Counted from the whole stretch's first letter, positions 35,750 to 48,985 are shown. The stretch: DNA of 62,291 bases, filler included, from Chiloscyllium plagiosum (GCF_004010195.1; 4 parts of one record of this genome joined end to end with filler, not necessarily neighbours in it), one strand, 5' to 3'. Translations and numbers: made by a program. The notes: a model not told the origin generated them from the letters alone.

Positions 35750-38727
35750 CTTGTCACAAGGAATGCGACTGTTAAGACTGAGCAAGTCAATAAACTCTCT
35801 GCATAAAGAAAAGTACATGTCTTAGTTTCTTTCTGTCTCACCACAGGCTTGGATTCTATTAACACCTGGGAATAACAGTTGACCAGTCAGTCTCTCACAG
35901 CTGCTTCACCAAATCTTAACTCAATTTACATGTTTGGTTCTGTAGCAGTAACATCTCAGTGACGTAACTGCACAGTGGCTGGTATCACATCACCATGGGC
36001 TCAGCCCAGCCACCAGACTGAGAAGACATTATGAGATTCCTGTTTTTTTTATTTTATTAAACAGTGCAGCTCACAAAACAATTAACATTACCAGCTGTAT
36101 ACAGAGAAACAGTGATTTACAAGGGGGACAAGCGGCAAAGCCTGGCTCCAAACCCTACCGTTCAACTAGTAGGGCAAATTAGGGTAAATCTCAAATCCTA
36201 CTTTTAGACATCACAAAACAGTAACAATAACAAATACATAAGGCAGTCCAATTAGATAAGAAACAGTGTATAGAATACAGATCTCCCCTCCCCCCCCACC
36301 CCACCCCCCCAGCAACCCAACAAGCCACCCGTCCTTCCCATCTAGTATCCTATTTATATCTGTCAGCCAGGGCTCCTCAATGGCCCAGGTTAACAACTCC
36401 AAGCTAGGATCTCATCGCCAATGACATCTCTTGGCTCTGGTTCCACTTTGTCTAACAACCATCGATTTCAGGTCAGAAGTTTCAATTGACTTAAGAAAGA
36501 GCTTTGGACCCTTCTATCACAGAGCTGTACATCACTGAGCATAAATAACACAGTGTAGGTGGTATTAGAGTTCTCTCTCTCATGAGGAAGACAGTGAGAT
36601 CACATGGATAAGAACACGCAAAGAAGATAAGCACTGTGTCTAGTTCTGGTTGCCCTGTTTTATAGAATCTCTACAGTTTGGAAACAGGTACTTTGACCCA
36701 ACAAGTCCACATCTACCCTCCGAAGAGTATCTCACCCAAACCCATTCTTTTATCCTATTACTCTACATTGTACCCCTGACTAATGCACCTAGCCTACACA
36801 TCCCTGAATACTATGGGGAATTTAGCATGGTCCCTTAAGCCTGCTCCACCATCCAATGTGACCATGACTGATTTCTCTCCGCTTTCCCGCCATAACCCTT
36901 CCACTCGTTACTAATTAAAAATCGGTCCATCTCCTCCTTAAATTTACTGAATGTCTTGGCATCCACCGCACTGTAGTAAAATAATCAAACACGACTTACT
37001 CTTCATAAAACCATGGATTATGTTTTAACTTTCCAAATTCCCTATTATTACTTTCTTCACAATGGATTCTAACACTTTCTCAATGACAGATATTAAACTA
37101 ACTGCTTTACAGTTGCCTACTCTCTGCCTCCATCCCTTTTTGAATACAGACATTAGATTAGCATTTTTCCCATCCACTAGAATCTTTTCCCGAATCCAAG
37201 GAAATTTGGAGTATTATAGCCAGTGGATCCAATATCTGCGCTGCCTTTTCTTTTAAGACCCAGAATGTAAGCCATCAGGCTCTGGGGACTTGTCTGCCTT
37301 CAATCCCAATGGTTTTCCCTGTACTTTTTGCCTAGTGATAATTGCTTTAAGTTCTTTCCTTTCCAAACCTCTGCATTACCTGTTATTACTGGAATGGTAT
37401 TAGCATCCTCCATTGTGAAAACAGAGGCAAATACTGATGTCATGTCTCTGCATGTCTGGGTTCCCCATTAAGACCTCCACAATCTCATCCTTCAATGGAC
37501 CAGTGGATGCTGCTCCGTTGTTAACTTTAAATCTGAGACATTTTGTATGCAAATGTATGAAGGATATGGGCCAAAGGCACGTACCACAGGTCAGTTATGG
37601 TCTCATTGAACAGCAGAACAAGCTCGAGGGACTGAATGGCCAACACCTGTTCCTATGAGCAACAATAGCTTTCACTTTAGCTACTCTCTTCCCTTTTATA
37701 TACTTATAGAAGCTCATACTGTCTGTTATTTTGGTTTGCATTAATTTCCTTTCATAATTTACCTTTGCACTTTTTATTACATTTTAGTAACCCTCTGTTG
37801 ATCTTGAAGTTTCTCAATATTCCAGTCTACCATTGGCCTTTGCAATTTTTTTCATACACTCATTCATGGGATGTGGGTGCCACTGGCTTTATGTCACTGG
37901 CCTGTCCCTAGTTACCTTTGAAAAAGTGGTAGTGAGCTACCTTTTTGAACTGCTGCAGTCCATGTGCTGTGGGTTGACCCACAAAATTGTTTGGGAGGGA
38001 ATTCCAGGATTTTGACCCAGTGACACTGGAGGAATGGCAGTATATTTCCAAGATGAGTCCTTTTGGCTATATAATTACCTTTATTTAAGTCTATAATGCT
38101 AGTGTGGGAGTCCAGTTTCATGTCTTCAAACTGAATTCAAAATTTTAGCATGCTATGATCACTCTTCCCTTTAGGACCCTCTGCTATGAGCTCATTAATT
38201 AATCCCATCTTATTACATAATACCAAAATACAGATCCGCCTGCTTCCTGGTTAGTTCTCCAAAATATTGCTCCAAGAAACAATCAATAAAGCTTTCATTA
38301 AACACCCCCTCAAAGTCATGTTTGCAATTTTGATTAATCCAGTCTATATGCATATTAAAATCACTTTCTTAGAAGGTCACAGTATTCTTGGTTTAAACTG
38401 TGTCCCATTGTGGAATTATTGTCGGGGACCAAAAGGTCACTCCCACAGTTGACTTCTTTCCCTTGCTATTGCCTATTTCTACCCAGACTGATTCTGCATC
38501 ATGATCTCCAATGCTTATAACGTTTCTCACCATAGCAACAATCTCCTCTTTCACTGTCAAAGCTACACAAACTCCTTTTCCTTCCTGTCCATCCTTCTGA
38601 CACAAAGCACCCTCAGATATTCAATTCCCAAATTTGGTCTCAGTGCCACGATGTCTCAGTAATCACCACCAAATCATTCCCATTCATCTCTATTCATCTT
38701 GAAACAGATCAGACCACAAGTGACTTA

Positions 38728-39400
38728 GAGTCATAGAGATGTACAGCATGGAAACAGATCCTTTGGTCCAAATCGTCCATGCCAATCAGATATCCAAACC
38801 CAATCTAGTCCCACCTGCCAGCACCCGGCCCATATCCCTCCAAACCCTTTCTATTCATTTACCCATCCAAATTCTTCATAAATGTTGCAATTGTACCAGC
38901 CTCCAACACTTCCTCTGACAGCTCATTCCATACACCCACCACCCTCTGTGTGTAAAAGTTGCCCCGTAGGTCTCTTTTATATCTTTCCCCTCTTGCCCTA
39001 AACCTATGCCCTCTAGTTCTGGACTCCCCGACCCCAGGGAAAAGACTTTGCCTATTTACCCTATCCATGCCCCTCATAATTTTGTAAACCTTTATAAGGT
39101 CACCCCTCAGCCTCCGACGCTCCAGGGAAAACAACCCCAGCCTGTTCAGCCTCTCCCTATAGCTCAAATCCTTCAACCCTGGCAACATGCTTGTACATCT
39201 TTTCTGAACCCTTTCAAATTTCACAACATCTTTCCAATAGGAAGGAGACCAGAATTGCATGCAATATTCCAACAGTGGTCTAACCAATGTCCTGTACATC
39301 TGCAACATGACCTCCCAACTCCTGTACTCAATGCTCTGACCAATAAAGGAAAGCATACCAAACGCCTTCCTCACCGTCCTATCTACCTGCGACTCCACTT
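38728..39400 (-). mobile_element. CR1 LINE 3' fragment
   Basis: ORF 38859-39416: LVRPLLEYCMQFWSP, RRLRGDL, FYTQRVVGVWNEL. Confidence 0.9.
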
Positions 39401-39489
39401 GACTATATTGATCCAATGTCTAACTTAGTGCTCTAGTTCCATTAAAGGAACTCTATGAGTCTAATAAAACAGTCGCCAATCCATTCGTT

Positions 39490-39862
39490 AGGCATATGTT
39501 GCATAATGAGAGGTACAGATAGTGATAATGGCAGTTGTCTTTTCCCTGGAATGGGGGATTGCAAGACAAGGGGGGCACATTTTAAGATGAGAGGAGAGTG
39601 ATTCAAAAAGAAAAGGGGAGAAAAATTGTTTTTACACAGAGGGTGGTTCACGCGTGGATGAACTTCCTGAGGAAGTGGTGGATAGGAATACAATTACAAC
39701 ATTTAAATGACATTTAGATAAGTGCATGAATTGGAAAGGTTTGGAGAGATATGAGCCAGGAGCAGGCAGGCAGGCAGGTTTAGTTTAGCTTGGGATTCTG
39801 TTTGACATGGACTGGTTAGATGGAAGGGTCTGTTTCCATGCTGTATGACTCTAGGACTCTAT
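39490..39862 (+). mobile_element. CR1 LINE 3' fragment (diverged)
   Basis: 3' UTR and tail similarity to other copies. Confidence 0.7.
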
Positions 39863-41354
39863 AACAGCTCCAACAATTTCCTCAGCACCACTTCTCTGGT
39901 GATTGTAATAAATTGATTTCCTCCTCTTTTATTTCCTAATTTACAGCTCTTTCCGGGATGTTACATGTATCTTCTACAGCGAAGATCAATGCAAAATATA
40001 TGTTCAATTCATCTCCTTATTTTCCATTATTAATCCCTCAGAGTGATTGTCTATAAGACCAAAGAGATGATCAAATCAGTAGGCTGTATCAGGATCAGTA
40101 ATTTAATCAATGAATTTCTGAGTTTACTGTATCACCAAGATATCTTACATTTCAACTACACTGATATGTTCCTAACTGCCTGCAGAATTGCTCTGATCTA
40201 TGAAATATGTACGGAAAAACAGAGTCTGTGTTCACAATGGGACAAAGCAATAACAAGTTGCAAACTACTTGGTGTGCATCCTCTGACTCCTGAATTCATA
40301 TAGGTCAGTCAGAAACGAGCAGCAAAGCACAAAACTGGAGAGCAAAAATTAAATTATTCAGTTTATATATCATTACAATGGTATGAACTACTGTCTAGAG
40401 ATCTTCAAATTCCTTATATCGATTTAATACCTGGGGTTTTCAAGGACTGTGATGGTTTTTTTTTAAAAAGTGAACAAAGCACTAACTTTAAATGGCCACA
40501 GGCATCACCTGACCCACACAGGTTCTCTCCAAATTTCATGAAGCTAACGTGGATTACATTAAAATCAGTTTCAGCTGAAATTAACATTTCCCTGATGGGG
40601 CAGTGAAACCAGCCACCACCACCAACTCCAGTCCACCTCCACCCAGCCCCCTTTCCCACACCCCTTCTTTGTGTGATGTGAAAAGATCCTCACTTTCTGT
40701 TCGCTTTACACTATTATGAGAATTTTTACACGTTACAGATGAAACGCTGGCTCCAATTGTGAAACCTGAAAACATAAACTCAGTGGACACAGAATACGAA
40801 CGAGGTAAAAATACAAACTGTTATTCTAGGGGCTTGTTGGTAGACAAAGGGGAGCTGGATTTAAGGATCAAAACTGAAAAGAGATTCTGGAGAGTCGCTC
40901 TCCCTCAAGAAGAAACCTTTCTGAATTTGACACTACTTACTGAGAACAAGCCAGAGAGTACCAAAAATTTTTTAAAAATGTAATATGCACTACTGCTGAT
41001 GAGCAAGAAATTACCCATTGTCTTAGTTTAAAGCCTTCCACCTCAAAGACATTAAATGGACTCAAAACTAAGTATTCTTTTGTCTCATCCATCTTGGATA
41101 CTCTCTCCTTTTAACTAAGTATCTGCATGTGCTTGTAAGTGACCGCACAGAAAACCTTCTGCTTGATGCCACGTCTTTGTTGTTTTCTTGACAGTATCAG
41201 GAAATAAACTTGTTCTTTAACTCAAGAAAGTCTTGTGATAGCTTCTTAATTCTTACAGTACAAATTAATTAACCCAAATTTTAATTCTGCGCAAGGTATT
41301 AAAAAGAACTTAAAACTCCATTGCAACTAACTGAGAAGGTTAAGATAATGGGAC

Positions 41355-42652
41355 AAAAGCAAATTACAGCGGATGCTGGAATCTGAAACCAAAAGAGAAA
41401 ATGCTGGAAAATCTCAGCAGGTCTGGTAGCATCTGTAAGGAGAGAAAAGAGCTGACATTTCGAGTCTAACTGACCCTTTGTCAAAGCTAAAAAAAGGGGA
41501 GAAATAGAGAGGTATTTATACGAGGCTGAGAGAAGGTGAGTCATTGTTCCAGAAGCAAAGGTAGCAATAAAGAGATGACAATGACAGTGCATAGAGAGAT
41601 TATAGGGAGATTAGGAGCTGTGAATGACCAAGGCCGAAGCCAGTGTTGCATGACAAAGTATGTGGGGATGGGGGGTGGGGGGAGGGGAGGGGAGGGGTGA
41701 AGCAGAGGCAAAATGGAAAACATGGGAGAAGGGTAGCAAAGGGGGAAGAGGAGAGGAAAAGGGCGATGAGAGAATGGGGAGCGAGAGAAAGACAATCAAG
41801 AAATAAGAGGCAAAGAACAGTGAAAAAAAAACTTATTAAAAAAGTATAAATAAAATAAATGAAATAAAATTATCTGAAGTTGTTGAATTCAATGTTGAGA
41901 CCGGCAGGCAGTAACGTGCCTAGTCGGAAGATGAGATGCTGTTCCTCCAGTTTGCGTTCAGCTTCACTGGAACATTGCAGCAGGCCAAGGACAGCCATGT
42001 GGGTATGGGAGCAGGATTGTGTGTTGAAGTAGCAAGTCACAGGAAGGTCCGGGATCTGATTGTGTACAGACCAAAGGTGCTCAGCAAAGCGATCACCCAG
42101 TCAGTGTTTTGTCTCGCCGATATAGAGGAGATCACATTGGGAGCAACGAATGCAATAGACCAAATTGAAAGAGGTACAAGTGAAACGCTGCTTAATCTGA
42201 AATGAACGTCTGGGACCTCGGATGGTAAACATGGAAGAGGTAAAGGGGCAGTGTTGCACCTTCTGCGATTGCATGGGAAGGTGCCGTGGTTGATGGGGCA
42301 GGTGTTAGGTGTGATGGGAATGTGCCGTGTGTGATGGGAGAGGTGTTAGTTGTGATGGGAATGTGCCGTGTGTGATGGGAGAGGTGTTAGGTGTGATGGA
42401 GGAGTGGGCTAGGTTGTCCCGGAGCGAACAATCTCTCTGGAATGCAGACGGGGGAGGGAAGGGAAGATGTGTTTAGTGGTGGCGTCATGTTGGTGTTGGC
42501 GAAAATGGCGGAGGATTATTCTTTGCATGTGAAGGTTGGTGGGGTGAAAGGTGAGAACAAGGGGGACCTTGTTCTGGGAGGGGAGGAAGGGGGTGAGGGT
42601 CGTGGCACGGGAGATGGACCGCACGCTGTCGAGAGCCCTGTCAACAACTGTA
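41355..42652 (-). mobile_element. Penelope-like element (Neptune-type Cys linker, GIY-YIG), decayed
   Basis: Minus strand VPLVLTFHP, GTFPCNRRRCN, FTCTSFNLVYCIRCSQCDLLYIGET and RKLEEQHLIFRLGTLLPAGLNIEF; pLTR with decayed core ttgacaaagggtc...gactcgaaatgtc. Confidence 0.85.
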
Positions 42653-42752
42653 NNNNNNNNNNNNNNNNNNNNNNNNNNNNNNNNNNNNNNNNNNNNTTAA
42701 TTAATTAANNNNNNNNNNNNNNNNNNNNNNNNNNNNNNNNNNNNNNNNNNNN

Positions 42753-43695
42753 ATGAAGGGACTGGGGGCATTCTCGCGAAGTTTGCCGATGATACAAAGT
42801 TAGGTGGACAGGCAGGTCGTACTGAGGAAGTGGGGAGGCTGCAGAAGGATCTAGGCAGTTTGGAGGAGTGGTCCAGGAAATGGTTGATGGAATTCAATGT
42901 GAGGTCTTGCACTTTGGGAAAAAGAATAGAAGCATGGATTACTTTCTAAACGGTGAGAAAATTCGTAAAGCCAAAGTACAGAGGGATCTGGGAGTGCTAG
43001 TTGAGGATTCTCTAAAGGTAAACATGCAGGTTGAGTCCGTGATTAAGAAAGCGAATACAATGTTGTCAATTATCTCAAGGGGGTTGGAATATAAAAGCAC
43101 TGTTGTGCTACTGAGACTTTATAAAGGTCTGGTTAGGCCCCTTTTGGAGTACTGTGTCCAGTTTTGGTCCCCACACCTCAGGAAGAACATACTGGCACTG
43201 GAGCGTGTCCAGCGGAGATTCAACGGATGATCCCTGGAATGGTAGGTCTAACATACGAGGAACGGCTAAGGATCCTGGGATTGTATTCATTGGAGTTTAG
43301 AAGATTAAGGGGAGATCTAATAGAAACTTACAAGATAATATATGGCTTGGAAAGGGTGGACACTAGGAAATTGTTTCCATTAGATGGGGAGACTAGGACC
43401 TGTGTAAACAGCCTTAGAATTAGAGGGGGTAAATTCAGAACAGAAATGCGGAGACATTTCTTCAGCCAGAGAGTGGTGGGTCTGTGGAATTCATTGCCAC
43501 AGAGTGCAGTGGAGGCTGGGACGCTAAATGTCTTCAAGGCAGAAATTGATAAATTCTTGATGTCACAAGGAATTAAGGGCTACGGGGAGAATGCGGGTAA
43601 GTGGAGTTGAAATGCCCATCAGCCATGATTGAATGGCGGAGTGGACTCGATGGGCCGAATGGCCTTACTTCCGCTCCTATGTCTTATGGTCTTAT
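42753..43695 (+). mobile_element. CR1 LINE RT and 3' fragment
   Basis: KFADDTKLGG, LVRPLLEYCVQFWSPHL and FFSQRVVGLWNSLP. Confidence 0.9.
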
Positions 43696-44409
43696 AAGCT
43701 CTAGGTTTCATGTATTGTTGGTTTTTATTGGTCTTCCAGAGAGGGTTTGAAAGGATTTATTTCCTGGGGATTGCCCCTTGACTGACTGACAGAGGTGAGG
43801 TTAAACACATATTTACCTCAACCCTTTCAAAGTCTGCCACCATATTCCTACTGCAAAACAAAATTTACTGCAGATCCCTCTGCCCTTGCAAAGTTAATGA
43901 CTCAAGTCTAACACCTCTTTCTTCTCAAATGTCTTTGAATGTGTTATCACCTCCCAGACTAGTAGCATTGGATGCTGTAATGCCAAGTCGGATTCCCTCA
44001 GTTCTGCTGAAATCTTGGTCAAGCAAGTACGACTCTTTTGCAATTCATGCCAGCGATGAATGCTTCTTTTTGGTCTTTGTTTAGATTTTATCTCTGCTGT
44101 TCTCCTTCACGAGGGATTTCATTATTTCCCAACATGGGATGTTAAACTGACTACAGTCCCATGGGATTGAGGATAGCTTATTTCTCCTGTGAATTGATGG
44201 GTTCCGAGATGGCCCAATGCACATTCAGCAGCCTCTGCCACATACAATGGGGCAAGTGGTGCTTGATGGATCAGGTAGATGAGTCGTCTAGAGGTGTGCG
44301 CACTGTCTCTCAATGTGTTTCTGCAGGGCTCATGGTCTATCCTTTCGCAACTGATTTCTGGGCAGAACAGTGGGTTGAGGAATATAGTGTCAGGCATCTG
44401 AGCAACATA

Positions 44410-44564
44410 GGAGACAGTGAGGTCTGCAGATGCTGGAGATCAGAGTTGAGAGTGTGTTGCTGGAAAGGCACAGCAGGTCAGGCAGCATCCGAGGTGTAGG
44501 AGAGTTGACGTTTCGGGCTGGACCCCTTCATGTCAATTTTCCTGCTCCTTGGATGCAGCCTGAC
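44410..44564. mobile_element. Partly inverted PLE pLTR insert with 15-bp TSD
   Basis: TSD catct(g/c)a(g/a)caacata at 44395-44409 and 44565-44579. Confidence 0.7.
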
Positions 44565-44719
44565 CATCTCAACAACATATCCCACCCAGCGGGCCTGATT
44601 TTGAGTTTTAAGCACCCCAGTGCTCGGTAACTTGGATTGGGAGAGGGTGCTGCTTAATTGCCAATGGTCTATAGTTCCTTAAACATGCTTTAGCTCCCTC
44701 TTGATAGCAATACTTAAAG

Positions 44720-44845
44720 GGTGTGTTGGACTGGGGTGGACAAAGTTAAAAATCACACAACACCATGTTATAGCCCACCCGGTTTATTTGGAAGCACTCG
44801 CTTTTGGAGCGCTGCTCCTTCATCAGGTGGACAACCTAGTGTTGT
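44720..44845 (-). mobile_element. PLE-type pLTR, second family
   Basis: Minus strand cacctgatgaaggagcagcgctccaaaagc (GAAA mutated). Confidence 0.6.
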
Positions 44846-45214
44846 AGGATGTTAACATGTTTAAATGTTAGCTATATATCAGTCCAATCGAAGTGTTCCT
44901 TTCTCTATTAAACAATTAACTACATGTAATTGGGCCTCTGTTATTCTTCTCTAGCTTCTGTTACAATGTGATGAGATTTTCTGTCTTTTTAGAGGTAAAG
45001 TTCAATTAGTTTACTTAGTATTTTGTACTTTTATTACTAACACTCATATAGTCTTTTAAATCTTATCTTCTGATAATTTATCCTCTTCACCCACACCCTC
45101 CCATGCAAATACTGAAACAAATACTGAAGCATTTAATATTTCTGCCATTTTGCTAATGATTTTAATCATATCTACATGAGAATGTTTTTCTTCATTGCTC
45201 AGACCTTTGAGTAG

Positions 45215-45778
45215 AAGAATTGAGACGTCATGTTGAGGTTGGACAGCCTCCTCTGAAATACTGTGTCCCGTTTTGGTTGCCCCTGTTTAGGAAGGACATT
45301 ATTAAACTGGAGATGGTTCAGAAAAGATTTACAAGGAAGGTATCGAGAATGGAGGGTTGGAGATGTAAAAATAGACTGGGACTGTTTTCCCTGGAATATA
45401 AGAGGTTAAGGGGTGACCCTCTTGAGGTTTGTAAAATCATGAACAGCACAGATAAGGTGAATGCCAAGGGTCTTTCCCTCGGGTGGGGGAGTTCAAACCC
45501 AGGGGGCATTTTGTAAAGGTGAGAGAAGAAAGATTGAAGAAGGCAATATTTTTCCACAGACAGTGGTTCATCTATGGAATGAATTGCCAGAGAAGGTGAT
45601 AGATGCAGGTACAGTTAAAATATTTAAAAGATAGTTGGGTAAGGATATGAATGGAGAAGGTTTGGAGGGATATGGGCCAAGCGCAGGCAAATGAGACTAG
45701 TTTAGTTTGGGAACACAGTTGGCATGGACTGATCGGACAGAAGGGTCTGTTTCCGTGCTATATGACTCTATGACTCTA
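45215..45778 (+). mobile_element. CR1 LINE 3' fragment
   Basis: LKYCVPFW, RLRGD and (ctatgact) tail. Confidence 0.8.
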
Positions 45779-46168
45779 CTGTTTCGTGGGTGTATGACAC
45801 CTGTTTTATTTTGAATTAATGTACGTGGAGAATAGTTTACCACTTTGTTTTATGCTTCTTGCTCATTAAATTTCATTGTTCCTGTCTGTCATCCTAATTG
45901 TCTTCTTTTTGCCTTCAGACTTTTCCATAACATATGATGCCTCTCTGTACATATCTTTCCTAAACTGCAAATTTCCTCTTAAATCTTTTTTTTTTCCGTG
46001 TCATTTCTGTTTAGTTCATTACTGTAGTTTTGAGCAGAATTGGCATTCCTGGAATCTGGTGAACAATCTCCTCAGTTCAGGGGACTGAGACTGTGCTGGC
46101 TGGTGCTACAGTAAGTGTGTTACTGTTAACCTGGGACAATAAAACAAAGAAACAAAAATATCCAGGAA

Positions 46169-46430
46169 CTGTTCACGGAGAGGTGGGCACCACAGGGACT
46201 GGACTGTTTTATTTCCCCCTCCAACTATATTTTGATCCAATCCCTGCCCTCCCCTTCACTGTTTGATCACGCAGCATTGCCCTCTGAGAAGGGCACTGTC
46301 ACTGGCCACCCAGGTGTTTCCTTTCTTCATGGTGGTGGAAATTGAATAAAGATTTGTACACCTTGTATCTTTCACTGTGTCTCACACCTGCACACACACA
46401 AAATGGGTGCAAAGAAAAAGAAAAAAAAAA
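46169..46430 (+). mobile_element. Tx1-clade LINE 3' end
   Basis: LFTERWAPQGLDCFISP, AATAAA and A-rich tail; direct repeat of 46892-47130. Confidence 0.65.
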
Positions 46431-46494
46431 TGAAAAAATATATATAACCAGGAGATAGATCAGAATCTTCTCATTAAAACAAATAACCTGGAGA

Positions 46495-47200
46495 TAACTA
46501 TGACACGCAGCTCCTGTTCATCAACCGTGATGGTTTGGAGGTCGCCCTCAGGACGCTGCCTGTCTTTTACCAGGACCTGATCACTGTCTCGAACCTGGTC
46601 GAATTGCGTCACGCCTGACCAGGTAGTGGTCCACGCCCCCCTACATCCCACCCTCCCATCCTGGCACCTTCCCCTGCCACCGCAAGAACTGTAAAACCTG
46701 CGCCCACACCTCCTCCCTCACCTCTATCCAAGGCCCTAAAGGAGCCTTCCACATCCATCAAAGTTTTACTTGCACATCCACTAATATCATTTATTGTATC
46801 CGTTGCTCCCGATGCGGTCTCCTCTACATTGGGGAGACTGGGCGCCTCCTAGCAGAGCGCTTTAGGGAACATCTCCACCAACACCCTTGAGCTGTTCAGA
46901 GAGAGGTGGGCACCGCAGGGAGTGGAGTGCTTTATTTTCCCCTCCAGCTCTATTCTGATTTAATCCCTGCCGTCCCCTTCACTGTTTGGTCACACAGCAT
47001 TGCCCTTTGATGTGAAGGGCACTGCTTGTCACCAGCCACTTGGGTGATTCCTTTCTTCCTGGTGGTGGGAATTGAATAAAGTTTTGTACACCTGTTGTCT
47101 TTCACTGTGTCTCACACCTGCACACACACAACCTGGGCGCTGGGGAAACTATAAGCACTACCACCGTTAGGCAGTAGTGTGGGGGAATAAAATTTTTAAA
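46495..47200 (+). mobile_element. Tx1-clade LINE 3' fragment interrupted by a PLE segment
   Basis: YDTQLLFIN...LPVFYQDLITV, then TLELFRERWAPQGVECFIFPSSSILI* (stop at 46961-46963). Confidence 0.65.
46630..46876 (+). mobile_element. Penelope-like GIY-YIG fragment
   Basis: GTFPCHRKNCKTCAH...FTCTSTNIIYCIRCSRCGLLYIGETGRLLAERFREHL. Confidence 0.85.
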
Positions 47201-47852
47201 AAACAGAAGATTTACAATCTCTTCAGTTTAGGGAACTGATTTTGTGCTAGATGGGCCACAGTCAATGTGTTTTCCCTGCTGTTGGTTTCTGCTTTATTTA
47301 GGGAGAACCTGATTCCTAAACCGGCTGGTTTCCAAAGCCAGTTTTGTTAAGTGGCATTCCTTTTTTGTTGAGGACTGAGTTACACAGTCAATGTGTTTCA
47401 GGTGTAATTCAGCCCTCATTAGGGAACTATTGTTTCATTGGCCGATGACAGCCAATGAAACAATAGGTTACTCTTTTCTCTTTTACTTTGAGAAAAAGAC
47501 TACGTTGATTTTGTAGCAGGGCTTTGCCCTTGCACTCTGGTTTTCTTTTTTTTTGTGTGTTTTCACTGTTTTGGTGTGTGCTGGGAGGTCAGCATTTGCT
47601 GTGAATTGGAGTTTGGGAGTGGAGACTGCCTTCAGGAGTGGACCAAACCCCTGTGAGTTAACTGCACCTTCACAATGTACTGTGTTCCTATGAGTGGGCC
47701 TGGTTCTCTGTGGATAAACTAGGCCTCTATGGAGACCGAACACCTGTATGTGTGCTGTGGGGGTGTGTATTTGCTGCCTTCAGGAGTGGACTCTGCACAA
47801 CTGAGTGGACTATAATACCAGGTTATAGTCCAACAGGTTTAATTGGAAGCAC

Positions 47853-47881
47853 TAGCTTTCAGAGTGCTGCTCCTTCATCAG
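47853..47881 (-). ncRNA. Minimal hammerhead ribozyme core (second family)
   Basis: ac-CTGATGA-A-GGAG(CAGCA)CTCT-GAAA-GCTA-gt with palindromic AGCT stem III. Confidence 0.55.
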
Positions 47882-48029
47882 GTAGGTATGGAGTATCCTT
47901 TGGTTGTGGACTCTATCTCTGACAATGCATTCTACATTCTGGAGTGGACTCTGCTCCTGGGAATGGACTCTGTCTTGTTGCTTGTTGGTTTATCACCTGC
48001 ACTGTCTTGTGAGTCCCTGGGTCTGGCAG

Positions 48030-48985
48030 GCCTCGCTGGAAGCTGGGAGGTTCAAAGGTCATCCAAAAAGCTGTCACCACGAGAGCCGGAGGGTGGGTAG
48101 GCCGTTGTGTGGACTGGAAGATGGGTAGGCTGCCCCAAAAGCCACAAAATGGGTAGACCACCCTGATGCCAGTCACCCTGAGAGCTGGAAGGTGAGTAGG
48201 CCATCCTGCCTGCTGGAAGGTGGGTAGCCTCTTCTGAGTGCTGTCATCCCGAGAAAGGCTAATCGGAACAGCTGTTCTAGAATTGGCCAGAAGGTGTGTC
48301 GGAGTGGCTGAGAGTCTGAATGTGTGAAGGGACAGGCCGAGATCCAGAAGGCTTGTGGGCTGCCCCCTGTGTGCCATCATCTCAGGGAGGGGGATGGACT
48401 GTTCGAGAGGTTGCCAGAAGGTATGTCAAGGTGGGCGAGAGCCAGATGGTATGTAGGGGTAGACTGAGAGCCGGAGGGCAGGTAGGCCATCCTCAGCACT
48501 GACACCCCGGGCAGGTACCAGGGCTGAAAAGACGGCTAGGGAAGCGGGTAGGCTGTCCTGATCACTGTCGTCTTGGGGGGGTAGGAGGAGGGAGGGAGCA
48601 GAATGGGCTGTCCTAGATGTGGCCAGAAGGTGTGTCAGTGCGGACTGGGAGCCGGAAGGGGCGTGGGGGTCTGGCTGCCTTCGAGTGTCCGGAAGGTGGG
48701 AGGGTCGGGTGGTTTGCTGGGTTGCTGTGTGGGGGGTGTCTGGGTTATGTGTACTGTTTTATCGTTCAGTTTAATGGACTGTCTGTATGTGATTGCATTC
48801 ACAGTTTCCTTCTTGATTGATGTAAGGTGGGGTTTGAGATTCGTCCTCGTTTCCCTGTGAACTGATTGTACAGTGAGGTTTAGGGTCTGGCTTTGCTGCT
48901 CCTTTCCCTGTAAATTGCTGTTTCTTGAATACAACTGTTAACATTAACTATTTGTTTGTAATTTATATGGCTAATAAAGTATATA
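48030..48985 (+). repeat. Unclassified retroelement 3' region with degenerate GC-rich minisatellite
   Basis: Repeated gagagccggagggtgggtaggcc-like units; 48690-48960 resembles the reverse complement of 36060-36340; AATAAA at ~48973. Confidence 0.45.
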
